Shown piece after piece: positions 24,064 to 35,955 of a DNA stretch of 64,000 bases. The stretch covers positions 1 to 64,000 of the IMG/VR virus record IMGVR_UViG_3300027566_000006; one strand, given 5' to 3'. The position numbers were made by a program, and so were the translations under genes. The notes beneath the pieces were generated by a model that was not told the DNA's origin, did not search any database, and saw only the letters and a list, made by a program, of their open reading frames with translations. Source of the stretch: a virus. Within the stretch, counting starts at the first letter, position 1. Every line of letters starts with the position of its first letter.

Positions 24064-25200
24064 ATTTACCCACCCGTCTATTCAATTATTATAATCAACA
24101 ACATGATAAATGTGCAATTCTATAATGTTATTTTAATATGACATACCAAAAACAGGATGAGGTACTTTAAATAAATTTATAACTCTATTTCTTTCATCTG
24201 GAGAACTAATATAACCCATTATATATCCCATATTTGAATGAGCAATTTCAGGAGTATCACAATATATTTCATACGCTTTAATAAAATCCAACGCTTCATC
24301 CCTATTCTTACAGTCCGTCATAGCACTCAAAGTTTCTCCAATATTTTTTATTTCTTTACCTTTCCAATTCATAGTCATCCTCCTCTTAAATTTCATTACA
24401 GAAACAATGTTCTATAATGATTTCGCACACTCAATAAATATATTTCTAATTTGTTGTTCGTTTAAATCTTGATTCATAGATGCTGCTCTAAATGCGTACT
24501 TATACCATTCAATTTCAAAACCTGTTGGTTTATACAAGAAGTTTGGTAAGTTTTCTATTTCATCATCTTCTCCCCAATAATAAGGTCTAATAGTAAATAT
24601 CTCGTTGTCAAAACCATAAAAGTCATAATCACTATCAAGAGGATACCCGTAACAAACATCTACATTAATTTTTTCACATAGATTTTCCCACTCATCTGAA
24701 TTAACAATATCTCGATCAGGAAATAAATACTCTCTTTGTTCCATATAACTCCCTCCTCACTTTTAAATCACTTTCAACAAAACACATAATAGGTTATGAC
24801 TTAACGACAAGTAATTTCTTTAACATCAACCATAGTAAACTGTTCACTTTTAATTCCGGCTCTTTTATAAAATTCCAGTATTAAATCTTGTAGTTTACTT
24901 TCTAACCATTCTCTATCTTCCTTAGTTACATCTTCAAATAAGTAATCATCATATTCAAAACAATCTTCTGAATAGTGTTCGTTTAGTCGCTCAAAAATAT
25001 CATCCACATCAAAATAGGTAGGGAGTGGTACTACTTCACATCTACCAATATACATAATTTCTTGTTCAGAACAAAAATATTCTCTTGCTGCTTCTACAGC
25101 TTCTTCTCTGGTTTCAAAATCATCATTACTCCATAAACCATCTTGGGATTCATTAAATGTCCATCTGCCTTCTATATCACTCATTTAATTACCTCACTTT

Positions 25201-25626
25201 CTAAATCTGTTTGAAATACTTCATTAGTATCCTTATAATATTATTTCTATTCCCTTGCCCTTTCAAATTCAATAAACACTCTTGCAAATAATTTCCATTG
25301 TGTTCTGGATATATTGTAGCTCGATATAAATCACAACAATCATTTACTAAACTATCAAAAGACCAAGGATCACAATTCTTACCTCTGTATGTAGGAGTAT
25401 CCCATGCAAGATCATTTTTATAACCCCTTTTATACATTTCTTGCATTACTTTTCTATGATACCTAACTAATTTATAAGGGTTATAACTGAATATATAATC
25501 AACTACACTATGCTTTTTACCCCATCCATTTCCCCTGAGTGCCGCACATTCTCGATGCTGACCTAATAACTGCTGTCTAGGTAAATATGGAATTAATTTT
25601 TCATGCCATAAACGCATTTCAATCAC
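25201..25626 (-). CDS. TIGR02328-like pyrimidine-dimer glycosylase family protein
   Basis: MRLWHEKLIPYLPRQQLLGQHRECAALRGNGWGKKH signature. Confidence 0.8.
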   Translation of the reverse strand: MIEMRLWHEKLIPYLPRQQLLGQHRECAALRGNGWGKKHSVVDYIFSYNPYKLVRYHRKVMQEMYKRGYKNDLAWDTPTYRGKNCDPWSFDSLVNDCCDLYRATIYPEHNGNYLQECLLNLKGQGNRNNIIRILMKYFKQI

Positions 25627-25693
25627 CTCTATTAAATGATAAACTAAGCATTTCTATTTTGTCAACATTTATTTTTTTCTTTTAATAATTTAT

Positions 25694-26137
25694 TTATTCT
25701 TCTATAATCCATACTTTTACACTCTGTCTACCAAATTCGAATGCTTCTTTTTTAGTTTCCATGTAAAGGTCTATTCTATTACCTTTGATTGCCCCACCAG
25801 TGTCTAAAGCTATTGCATGACCATAACCTTCTATATATAACTTAGTCCCTAAAGGAATTATTCTAGAGTCAACTGCAACAGTACCCCTTGATACTCTTGT
25901 ACCACTTCTGGTTATTCCTCTTGAAGTTCCTTCTGAATGTGAGCGAGTATATGCAGTAGCTTTCATTACTATATGACTATTACTTTTTGTTTCTATTATT
26001 GGTTGAGTAATAACTCGGTTTTCTATTTGAGTATTTTTATAATTAGTTTTATAATTTTCATCTGATTGATTTAAGCATGGAGCAAACATTGAAATAAATA
26101 GTATTGTGCATATTACTATAGTTGCTAATTTAATCAA
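25694..26137 (-). CDS. Secreted 3D-domain (lytic transglycosylase-like) protein
   Basis: Signal peptide; ATAY...VAVDSRIIPLGT...DTGGAIKGNRIDLY. Confidence 0.9.
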   Translation of the reverse strand: MIKLATIVICTILFISMFAPCLNQSDENYKTNYKNTQIENRVITQPIIETKSNSHIVMKATAYTRSHSEGTSRGITRSGTRVSRGTVAVDSRIIPLGTKLYIEGYGHAIALDTGGAIKGNRIDLYMETKKEAFEFGRQSVKVWIIEE

Positions 26138-26757
26138 TTAATCACCTCTTTTATATTTATAATTTTAAACTATCCTTAATCATATCTAATAAATCACATG
26201 CATCATATTGTGAATAACTACCACCATCAAATTCTAGTAATATTTTATTTAATTCACAATCATTACAAGAATTATTACATTTAGAACTATCAAAATCTTT
26301 AAGTAGTTGTTTTAATTGAATTATAAAATTATTCATTTTACTCCACGCTCCTTTCAAAACATTATAGAAAGATTATTCTATTTAGTTTTAAAATTAACTC
26401 TGTCAGAATTTAAACCCATATTTTTACATATTCTTCGATAATTATTTCCACTTAAAGTATCATCTTTATCACTCAATGGATTAGTATAAACCCTTTGAAC
26501 ACATTTTTTATTTTCTTCTACTATTATTATAATGCCATTAAATTCATGTTTATATATATTGTTTTCACTATCAATTAATTCTCTCCTCCAATGTGTTGCT
26601 TGAATCATGGCAGTTAATTTTCTCTTTATAATAGGAATAGTTGAATCATCAAATTTTACACGAATACTTCTAAATTCATTAGCTACTCTTGTAGGTACAA
26701 AATATAAACTCATGAATTTATACCTCCTAAATATCATTACCTAATGAGTAATTCGTA

Positions 26758-26943
26758 TCAATCAATTTCGGTTATAAAATCTACTCTTGGTTCGCCAGCA
26801 TCTACAGAGTTTAATTTATATTCCATTTCTATATACTTATCAACAGCTTTTTCTCTGGCTTCGTCCTCATCTTTTGCGTAAACAGTAATAGTTCTTTGAA
26901 CAAATCTAGTAACATGTGAACCAACTTCAACCTTATATTTCAT
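26758..26943 (-). CDS. Small hypothetical protein, paralog of 12530..12724
   Basis: About 75% identity by manual alignment. Confidence 0.8.
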   Translation of the reverse strand: MKYKVEVGSHVTRFVQRTITVYAKDEDEAREKAVDKYIEMEYKLNSVDAGEPRVDFITEID

Positions 26944-29900
26944 TTATTTTCTCCTCCTAACTCATTATAAAATCAAAGATTGGTTACGATCTTCTTTCAT
27001 AAAATTTTTTCCAATAACCATATGGAAATGTGTATTCACTTCCACCATTACATGTTGTACATTTTTTAACATAATCTTTTTCATCATACCAGCATGTACA
27101 ACAATTAGAATAACTTGGAAACGCTCTATCATTCATTACTAATTTTTCAAGTATCTTTAAATCGTTTGTCTTATCCTTATCAGTTTGAATTTTTCCAAGA
27201 CTACATTTTTCTTTAATAAACCATTTAATAATTTTAATTTTATCTTCCTTTTTCATAAAATATCATACCTCACAAATCCCAATATATAGGCATCCAATTC
27301 TGCATAAAAGCATCGTTCTTTCTATTCAAATTATCTTACGCCATAAGCATCTTTCAATTCTTCAAATTCATCAATATATCTTTTCAGCATATTTATGAAA
27401 CCATTTCTAAAACTTTTGGTTCTAAGAATAAATTGTTTATCTTCGGTACAATAATATTGCATATCATCAAATAACAATCTTGCTTTCTTTTCAAATTTTT
27501 CATTCATCTTTTCTTCTAATGTTTTATCCATTTTATATACTCCCTTTCTATTTATTGGCTTAACATTATTATACAGTTTCACTCACCTAAAACAATAGAA
27601 ATTAGTTTTTAAAAAGTGAGGGGATGATTACCCCCTCTAGTGCTAGATCACATTTATCAAATAACACTTAAAAGTGTCTGATAACTAATTAAGTTTAATT
27701 TGTAAGAACAACTTTACAACCTAAATATTCTGCATCTAATATTGCTTGTTTGTTTGTAGCATCTTTGTAACAAAATACTCCAGATAAATATTGTTCATCA
27801 TTAATAGTTAATATATAACCATTTTCAATCGACATAACCTTTATAGTTTTCATAATTTACCCTCCTAGTTGTTTATTTTTGTATCACTACATTTATTTTA
27901 TTCTTTTGTATGATAAATGTCAAGAAAATATTTAAACCAAATTGACTATTGATTTTTAACTTATATCTTCAACGTAATAATTTTTATAATGATCTATATA
28001 ATCATCTTCTCGATTCCATTCAATTATAGGAAGATTATCTCTAAGTTCTTTAAGACGTTTCATATTTTCATCAACTTGCTTACACCATTGATTATAAGTA
28101 TACCAAAAATATTTTTGTTTAAGTTTCTTTTCCCATACTAATTTCATTATTTTTCGTTTATCTTTTCTATTCTCTAATTTCCATTTTAAAGCATAATACC
28201 AACCCACAAAATAATTTCTATCTGGTTTAATTTCACTCATAAACTTGTAACCTCCTTTGATTTCGTGATAAATCGAATCTTTTATTCTATAATCTCCCAA
28301 CTAATATTATCTGATAATAAATCTCTATCAAATAACATTTCTCTATCGTCTGTTTCTGCATCCATCTGAGCCATTTCTTCAAGAGTATATCCATCAGGAT
28401 AATATTCTGGAACAAGTTCGTATTCAATTACCATTGTTCTTGTCATTTTAACTTTTGCCATTTTTATATTTCTCCTTTCAATAATTCAATAAAATGAAAC
28501 ATTGGATCAAACTTTTATACCATATTCATTTAATACCGTTACACATATTGCTCTGCATAAAGACTTATCTTTAGCCCATTGTTTATTATTAGTTGTACCT
28601 ACATATGTAATATCTCCATGCGTACCTGAAGCATTACACCAAGCAGTTTTCCAACCATCGAATGTAGGATGTATAGTAATGTTGCACTTTTTAGCAAGTT
28701 TTATTGATTCTTCTATATCATTTAAATAATTAGGACAATAACGTCCAAATTCATAATTTTCAACTCCTTCATCTTCTGGATACCAGTAAGAAATCATATC
28801 ATAACAACTTGAATTCGGATGTTTATCTTTATCTTTAATCATACCCATAATATTTACAGCAATAAAGTCAATCTCATAATCCAACATTTTTATTTTCCTC
28901 CTATCTTAAAATCAAATCTCTCTTTGGATCAAACTTTACCAACTAAACTTAATAAAAACACAAGCAACTTGTATTACAAAATCTTGTTGATTATAACTTC
29001 CTATATAATTTTGAATGGCAATCGGAAAAGCAAATTCATGTGTATTTAAAGTTATCCTAATATTTAATTTACCAATATCAAAACCTTTTGTTAACATTTT
29101 TAGAACCTCCTAACTCAGTATAAAATCCGTCTTTGGAATTAACTTTCTAATAATACCGATTTACCAGAATAATTATCAAAAACCATATATTCTCCTTGTG
29201 GATCGGATTTAACAATAACTTTACTAAAAGGTACTTCGTCTACTCTTGACTTATATCCTTCCAACCAAGAAATACTAACTAATTTTGCATCTTCTCTTAC
29301 ATAAATTACACTACCATCTTCATATACTTCATCTTCATATATATCATTATATCTTTTAAATAAAACTATATCTCCTTGTTTTAATTCTGAATATTTCAAA
29401 ATATTTACCTCCCTCAATCTTTCATTTACTCGCTTATACTTCATCATACAAAGCAAATATCATGATGAAATTCACATTTGGTATTAATACGCCATTGAAT
29501 ATATTTTATGTACTTCTGCACTACAGTATTGAGTGCTATATTCCATCGGTTCACAGTATTTCATCATACAAAACATAATTTGATTATTATTAGGATATTC
29601 TTTAAAATATTCTTTCCCTATTAATTGTTCTTGGCCATCATATATATCCACTCTAAATGAATGCCCAAAATTTTTCATATTCAATTCGGATATTTCAACT
29701 GCATCACTTGAAAGATTAATTATATTACCTTCATGATTAATATATTTTTTCATATTAATTCCTCCTCAATAATTATTTTATGGCTGTTATATCGTGATCA
29801 ACCTTGCATTGTGTATTAACTATATAAAGATTCATTAATAGCATTTGTCATTATATTGTGATATTTATTAATAGCATCATTAATTTTACTTGTCACAACG

Positions 29901-32268
29901 TTAGCAACATAATCAACAATATCATCGTTACTAAATTTTTTCATTCTATCTTTTATTAGTTTATCTCTTGTTTTTATTTCCTCTTGAGTTTCACAATTTT
30001 TCATTATCCTTATTAACTCATCCTTTAAATTATCTTTTGCTAATTCAATAGAAAAATTCTTTTCACATTCTTTAAATAAATATAGTAAGTATTCATTCAA
30101 TTGTTTAGAATCCATATTTTTAATTAATTTAGGTGGGTGATTACCCCATCCAGAAACATAACCATATGCTTTATATATTCCTTCTTTAATTTCATTAGTA
30201 TATGGATGATCTGAATTAATTTTATAACCACACCATCCTGCTCCACCAATAAATACTTCCATTTTATCTTCTTCTCCTTCCTTCCTGTTATTATCAAATA
30301 ACCATTTCATCAATTATTATTATTATTAACTTCATCATAATCTTTTGCCATATTTTTTAAATGCTCTGTTAAAAGATTTTTATTAATTTCTGAAAAACAT
30401 CCACATATAGGACATATAAAACCATAATCTGTTCCACCATCATCTGGATATTTAAACCATGCTCTTTTAATTAAATCGTTTGCGTTTATTTCTAGCAATG
30501 AACCACACGGCACTTTCTTATCTTGCCTCCAATTCCCACCAGTACATTTAATTTCCAAAGTCCAATTTTCAAAAGGTTTCTTTGCATGTATTACTTTCAT
30601 GGTTTCTCCTCCAATCTCATGATCAATTATGCTTTTGGTTTAATTTTAATAAGTTTTCATCCAATCTTTTAAAATCTCTCCAGCTTTATCTTTTGTTAAT
30701 TCTGGAAATGTATTTATCAAATATGGTACTGCTCCAAACATATTTGTTTCTCCGCTTTCTCTAAGATTATCAAGATATTTAAAATACATATTTTTGTTTT
30801 CCCTTTTTGTTTCAGTAAAACCTTGTTCTGGATCACCATAACTGTATGTTTCTAAATCTTCATATGTTCCCTGATAAGATGCTGAAACAAGTTTTAAAGG
30901 ATATTTCAATTTATCTATTTGTTTATCATAACATCCTATATCTATACCTAAAATACGATTATTATCTGTATAATTATCTATCTCTTTTATTTTAGGAAAT
31001 TCCCCATCATATTTTAACTCTCCATTAATAATTAATTCATTATTCCAAAATGCAAGTAATTCATACATATCGTGTTTAGGCTCTCCGTTTTTTTGACCTA
31101 AGTAGCCATAATCTTGATAAATATCTTTTATAAATCCACCACCGAACTCTTTTGGAATTAAAAATTTAAAGGATTTACCATATGCAACATTTGCCACCTT
31201 CGTTAAATTGTCTGCTTTTAACCAACTAAAACTTCCCATTAAAAATTCCTCCTTTTATTATGCGATCAATCCGTCCATTGATTTAAACTTGTTCTAACAC
31301 TTCTCCTACATTATAACCTAATAAATAAAAATACTGTTTAATCCATTCTATTTTGTTATTATAACAATCTATTGGGATTCTCAAACTTTTGTTTTTTAAT
31401 TTTCCATCAAGTTCAATTTTAAATCTAATTTTTACTTCTTGCATGTGATATTATCTCCTTTCATTTAACTTGATTAATTATACCATGCTAATAATATGAA
31501 TTGCAAGCTATAATTATGATTATTTTTATTTTTTATATTTAATTCCACCCAATAATAACATCACCTTTTGCCCCTTTACCCTTTAAGATAAATTCTGCCG
31601 ATTCTCTCCAGCCTGTAGATAGAGAATATAAATCAAATTTAGTTATACTGTTGAGTAAGTCTAATATTTCCTGATTGGTTAATTTTAAAAATGTATCTCG
31701 GTTAAAAATGTAATCCATTTTATTTACTCCCTTCATAATATCGTTGTAGAATCATTCCAAGTAGTTGTTTGTTTGGGTATAGTTCCCATTGCTTTTTTAT
31801 ACTATCAATTGAATGAATATCTTATTTAGAAACGATTTCTTGAATCATTAAGATATCACCCTTCATTAATCTCATTCTTGGTTCTACGTTTCTTTCTGTA
31901 CCATTATCAACTTCAATTGTTATTTGGTGTTTTTTCATATATTTATCTAACTCGACAAGTCCACTAATTTCTTCAGCCTCAAAAAGTACCTCTCCTAAAT
32001 TGGTATAATCTCGTTTGACCTTAATTTTCAGCATTTAAAATCCTCCTTAAAAATATCGTTTTCAAATCCACCTTTCATTAAAAGTTAATCTTCTTTGCCT
32101 GTACTCTTACAATACTATTAATATTCTCTTTTAAGGCAAAAATCCATTTAGCTGATTTCATGTTTTCTGCTTCTATAAATTCGCCATTATTGGTTCCCAG
32201 CCAGTAAACCCAAAACTTCATTTACCCTAACCCCTTTCAATTAATTATAACTAACTTCCAGTAATTAA

Positions 32269-32297
32269 AGTATAGCAAATTAAAACCATGCTGTCAA
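32269..32297 (-). promoter_or_regulatory. sigmaA-type promoter
   Basis: TTGACA-17-TATACT. Confidence 0.7.
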
Positions 32298-32323
32298 TAA
32301 GATAATTTATTTTATTCTTTTAA

Positions 32324-32656
32324 TTATGGTATCTGATCCCTAGTTAATTCCCTTACATCAAAATCAAGCATAACCGACAAATGTAAAGCTTGGTTAAACA
32401 TTGGAATATTAGAATTTACATTTGCAAACCAAGAATAAATATTTGAACTTGAATAACCTAAGTTTAATATATCATTTCTTTTCAGTTTTAAATTAGCAAA
32501 AATACGCTTTAAATTATCTTTAATTACTTTGCGATCTGTGTCATTGTATTGATTGATTAATTGTAACATTTCAGTTTGATAAGGATATTTACTATCAGGA
32601 TTTATGTCTAATTTTACATTATATTTATTGCGTGTTCTTCTCCACATTCTTTGCAT
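32324..32656 (-). CDS. Possible HTH regulator
   Basis: C-terminal LGYSSSNIYSWF..P....ALHLS..LDFDVREL resembles an XRE HTH. Confidence 0.45.
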   Translation of the reverse strand: MQRMWRRTRNKYNVKLDINPDSKYPYQTEMLQLINQYNDTDRKVIKDNLKRIFANLKLKRNDILNLGYSSSNIYSWFANVNSNIPMFNQALHLSVMLDFDVRELTRDQIP

Positions 32657-32670
32657 ATACTTTACCCTTT

Positions 32671-34302
32671 CTATGCTAACATTAGCAATTTACTTGTCTC
32701 AACTATATAATCCTGAGTATTATTCATGACATTTTTGTAAGATACTTCACCTTCAAACTCCCTGACCACACGTTGCTCTTCTTCATCCATCTCATTATAG
32801 GTTTTCTTACCATAACTAGGAGGTAAGGCATTTCGATTCTGACTAGCAAAAATGTTGAATCTGTGAACCAACTCAGGATATTTCCATTCTAAATGGCATG
32901 TGCCTTTCTTGTAGAATGTACAATAGAAGTATGTCAATTCTATCTTTTTACTATCACTATATTGTTCTGCAAAGTTTAAAGCAGTTTTCATATCAATTTC
33001 ATTAATATCCATACTAGTACCTGTTGATAGATAATTAAATACTTTCTCAATATCCGATAATTTATTAACTACCCCATAATCTGTTGGTCTAAATCTATCA
33101 CTACTCCATTCATTAAAACCATTAAGTCTTATAATAACTTTTTTAGGATTTATTTTCCAACACTTGTTCGTGTACCAACCACTATAGTAATGAATATTGC
33201 TCCCGAATTCTGGGTTCCAAGAACTTTGCACACTAAACTCATCAAAAAGTTTCAGTATTGTATCCTGTACCCCTTGCAACATTTCTTTACTCAATTCAAT
33301 TCTAATAGTATAAATATTAAAAAGCGAAAAATCATAGTCCCTAAGTTCTTTTATTTTATCCATGTATTTTTGTCTAAGGTTAGAAGTAAACAATCCTATA
33401 AATTCTTTATTGGTGAATAACGCTTTCCAGTATTTTGTGCGTACCTGTTTAATATAAGAATTTTTTAAACTACAATTACCATCATCATCTTTATAATGTA
33501 AGGATAATTCCAATATAGGACTTTTACTATAATCATCCTTATCAAAGGTACTGATCATTAAAGGTTGTAATGCTTCATATTCGGCAATTAATTTTAATCC
33601 TGTTTGTACTTCAAAATTATACTGTTCTACAATTCCTTTTATGTAATCAGCATTAACCATTTGATTAGTATATTTATTTTGTGATTCATTGTTGACTCTA
33701 TATTGTTCTTGCCTTTTTAAATCATCGAGTATAATGCTATCATCAGTTAATTTGGGTATTACCAATGAGATTAAGGCCACCTCAACGCTTGTGGTGCGCT
33801 CTGCATCATAAAAAGCATCCTGTATATATTCAATCTCTGCATTATATTTTTCTAACTTCTGCGCTAATTCCTTTCTTATATTGCTATATGGATTACGCAA
33901 GGTTTCAGCATTCAGTAATGATACAATTTGGCCACCGTTCTGCTGCATCTCAATAGCCTTAATTAAAAATTTATCCCCTATACTAAAAGGTGGATTCATA
34001 ATTATAGCATCGTATGATTTATATGAATTAAAAGTTAAATAATCGTCTGCTACTACTCTATAACCTTTGCCCGATAAGATAAGTCTAAGATTATCATCAA
34101 TCTCAATTGTGTCAATGTCCCATTTAATTTCTTTATTATAATAATTATTACGAGAATATTTAAACTTGTCCGTTATTGCTTTTATTAAATCACCTTTGCC
34201 TCCTGCTGGCTCTAATACGCTTGAGACAGTACGGAAGTCAATTTTAGACAACATCTTATTTATTAAATGGGATGGTGTTGGATAAAAATCATCATTAAAC
34301 AT
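32671..34302 (-). CDS. Amino (N6-adenine-type) DNA methyltransferase, DUF4942-like
   Basis: DFYPTP, VLEPAGGKG and IMNPPF motifs; C-terminal FYKKGTCHL. Confidence 0.8.
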   Translation of the reverse strand: MFNDDFYPTPSHLINKMLSKIDFRTVSSVLEPAGGKGDLIKAITDKFKYSRNNYYNKEIKWDIDTIEIDDNLRLILSGKGYRVVADDYLTFNSYKSYDAIIMNPPFSIGDKFLIKAIEMQQNGGQIVSLLNAETLRNPYSNIRKELAQKLEKYNAEIEYIQDAFYDAERTTSVEVALISLVIPKLTDDSIILDDLKRQEQYRVNNESQNKYTNQMVNADYIKGIVEQYNFEVQTGLKLIAEYEALQPLMISTFDKDDYSKSPILELSLHYKDDDGNCSLKNSYIKQVRTKYWKALFTNKEFIGLFTSNLRQKYMDKIKELRDYDFSLFNIYTIRIELSKEMLQGVQDTILKLFDEFSVQSSWNPEFGSNIHYYSGWYTNKCWKINPKKVIIRLNGFNEWSSDRFRPTDYGVVNKLSDIEKVFNYLSTGTSMDINEIDMKTALNFAEQYSDSKKIELTYFYCTFYKKGTCHLEWKYPELVHRFNIFASQNRNALPPSYGKKTYNEMDEEEQRVVREFEGEVSYKNVMNNTQDYIVETSKLLMLA

Positions 34303-34580
34303 AATTAATCATCTCCTTTTATAATATTAATTCACAATCACCTTTACACAGATATCCATTTGTCATAGGCACATCTATATCAGTCAATGTTGCTATATAA
34401 TCATCTGCATATTGTTGTTCTTTTATTTTTATAGTTTCTCCTACTAGATTTTTATACCACCAATCAGGACTACTACACTTTACTATTTTTACTTTTCTCA
34501 ATTATAAAACCTCCTTTTTATAATTTATAAATCCCAATATAACGGCATCTATCTTTGCACCAAAACCCAGGTTTTGTAAT

Positions 34581-34716
34581 GATTTTAATATAAATCAATT
34601 TACTGCCCACCTCAGTAATTTGACTTATATTAAAACGTCCTAAGTAAACCCTAACCGTATATGAGAGGTTTATTATATTATTTCTTTGGTGGGTGAGGTA
34701 GCCAACCTCAAAAGAA
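34581..34716 (-). ncRNA. Putative structured cis-RNA with a loop-loop pseudoknot
   Basis: Three hairpins; loop GGUGGG is complementary to an unpaired CCCACC in another hairpin. Confidence 0.35.
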
Positions 34717-35130
34717 TTAATACCTATATTGGCCTAAACTGAAATGTTAACTCTAAGTTTATTTAATTTATCTTGTAATTCTTCGACTACCCTTTCTACA
34801 TCTTCCTTACCTATCAAATTACAAGAAACGTTAATAGTAAGTTCATCTTTGCTTTCTTCTTCATTATTTTCAAGTAAGTTACCTATATAATTTAAACTTT
34901 TAATCCCACCACCGTAATCTGCCACTATATTTAAATCGCATTCTTTAATAATTAATATAGGTTTTCTACCTAAATTTATATATTTTCCATAATAATCATT
35001 GTGACATACTTTATAATATACCATTTCCATTATTGTTTCGGATTTAACATCAAAAAATTCAATACTATATACCTGCATAATACTAATTCCTTCTTTCTTT
35101 TCATAGTTTTATTTTATTTTTTTAATATAA

Positions 35131-35949
35131 TTAACCTTCTAATTTATATCCCAATCTTGTTTTTACTGTTTGTTTTTTGTTGTAACATTCTAATATTGCC
35201 TTAGCATATTTTAAATCTCCTCTTGCACTCATATCACTATTACCCATTCTTTTAATCATCATTGGTTCATATTTACTCAAATTTTTAACAAATATTTTTT
35301 CTTCAATATCATCACCATATATTTTTACTAACAGATATGTACCCATAAGAATATGTCTATCTAAAGAAGATGAAACACCAAACCATGTTTCTTTAATTAA
35401 TCTTAAAACTCTTTCTAATCCTTCTTCTCCTAAATCATTATAAATAACTTCTATTGCTTTAAGAGCAATAATTTTGTTATTACCCTTACCTCCAGAAAAC
35501 GGCATTTCTAAACCAACTTTTTTTGCAGTATTCGCCATAGCAACTACATCCTTATCTCCACCAATATATAATGCTTTTAAACTATCCATTAATGAAAAAG
35601 AACTGGTATTTTTTCTAATTCTTCCTACTAAAATAGCTTCTTCTTCTTTTGTAAGACCATAATGAACTATGCAAGGTACTAAAAATTCTTTCCCTTCGTG
35701 AATTTTCTTTAAAGCTGAAAATCTGTTTTGACCATCAAATATATTATACTTGCCATCTCTATAACTAACACTGATAATTCCTAATTGGTGAGGATCGTAA
35801 TTTTTTATAATTCTTTTAATTACCAAAGGTTTTAATAATCTTTGATATTCTTCACCTGAAGTTAAACTTTTAGATGATATTAATTGTAATTGAGTATAAG
35901 TTCCTTGCTCCACTAAACTAACAACTTTTTTATTCAACATATTAATCAT
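35131..35949 (-). CDS. ParB/Srx-superfamily (DUF6551-like) protein
   Basis: YQR and IFDGQNR motifs. Confidence 0.65.
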   Translation of the reverse strand: MINMLNKKVVSLVEQGTYTQLQLISSKSLTSGEEYQRLLKPLVIKRIIKNYDPHQLGIISVSYRDGKYNIFDGQNRFSALKKIHEGKEFLVPCIVHYGLTKEEEAILVGRIRKNTSSFSLMDSLKALYIGGDKDVVAMANTAKKVGLEMPFSGGKGNNKIIALKAIEVIYNDLGEEGLERVLRLIKETWFGVSSSLDRHILMGTYLLVKIYGDDIEEKIFVKNLSKYEPMMIKRMGNSDMSARGDLKYAKAILECYNKKQTVKTRLGYKLEG

Positions 35950-35955
35950 TCTCCT

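Larger units (their letters stand above)
22964..32656 (-). other. Second array of small minus-strand hypothetical phage ORFs
   Basis: ORF track; RBSs; junction palindromes. Confidence 0.8.
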
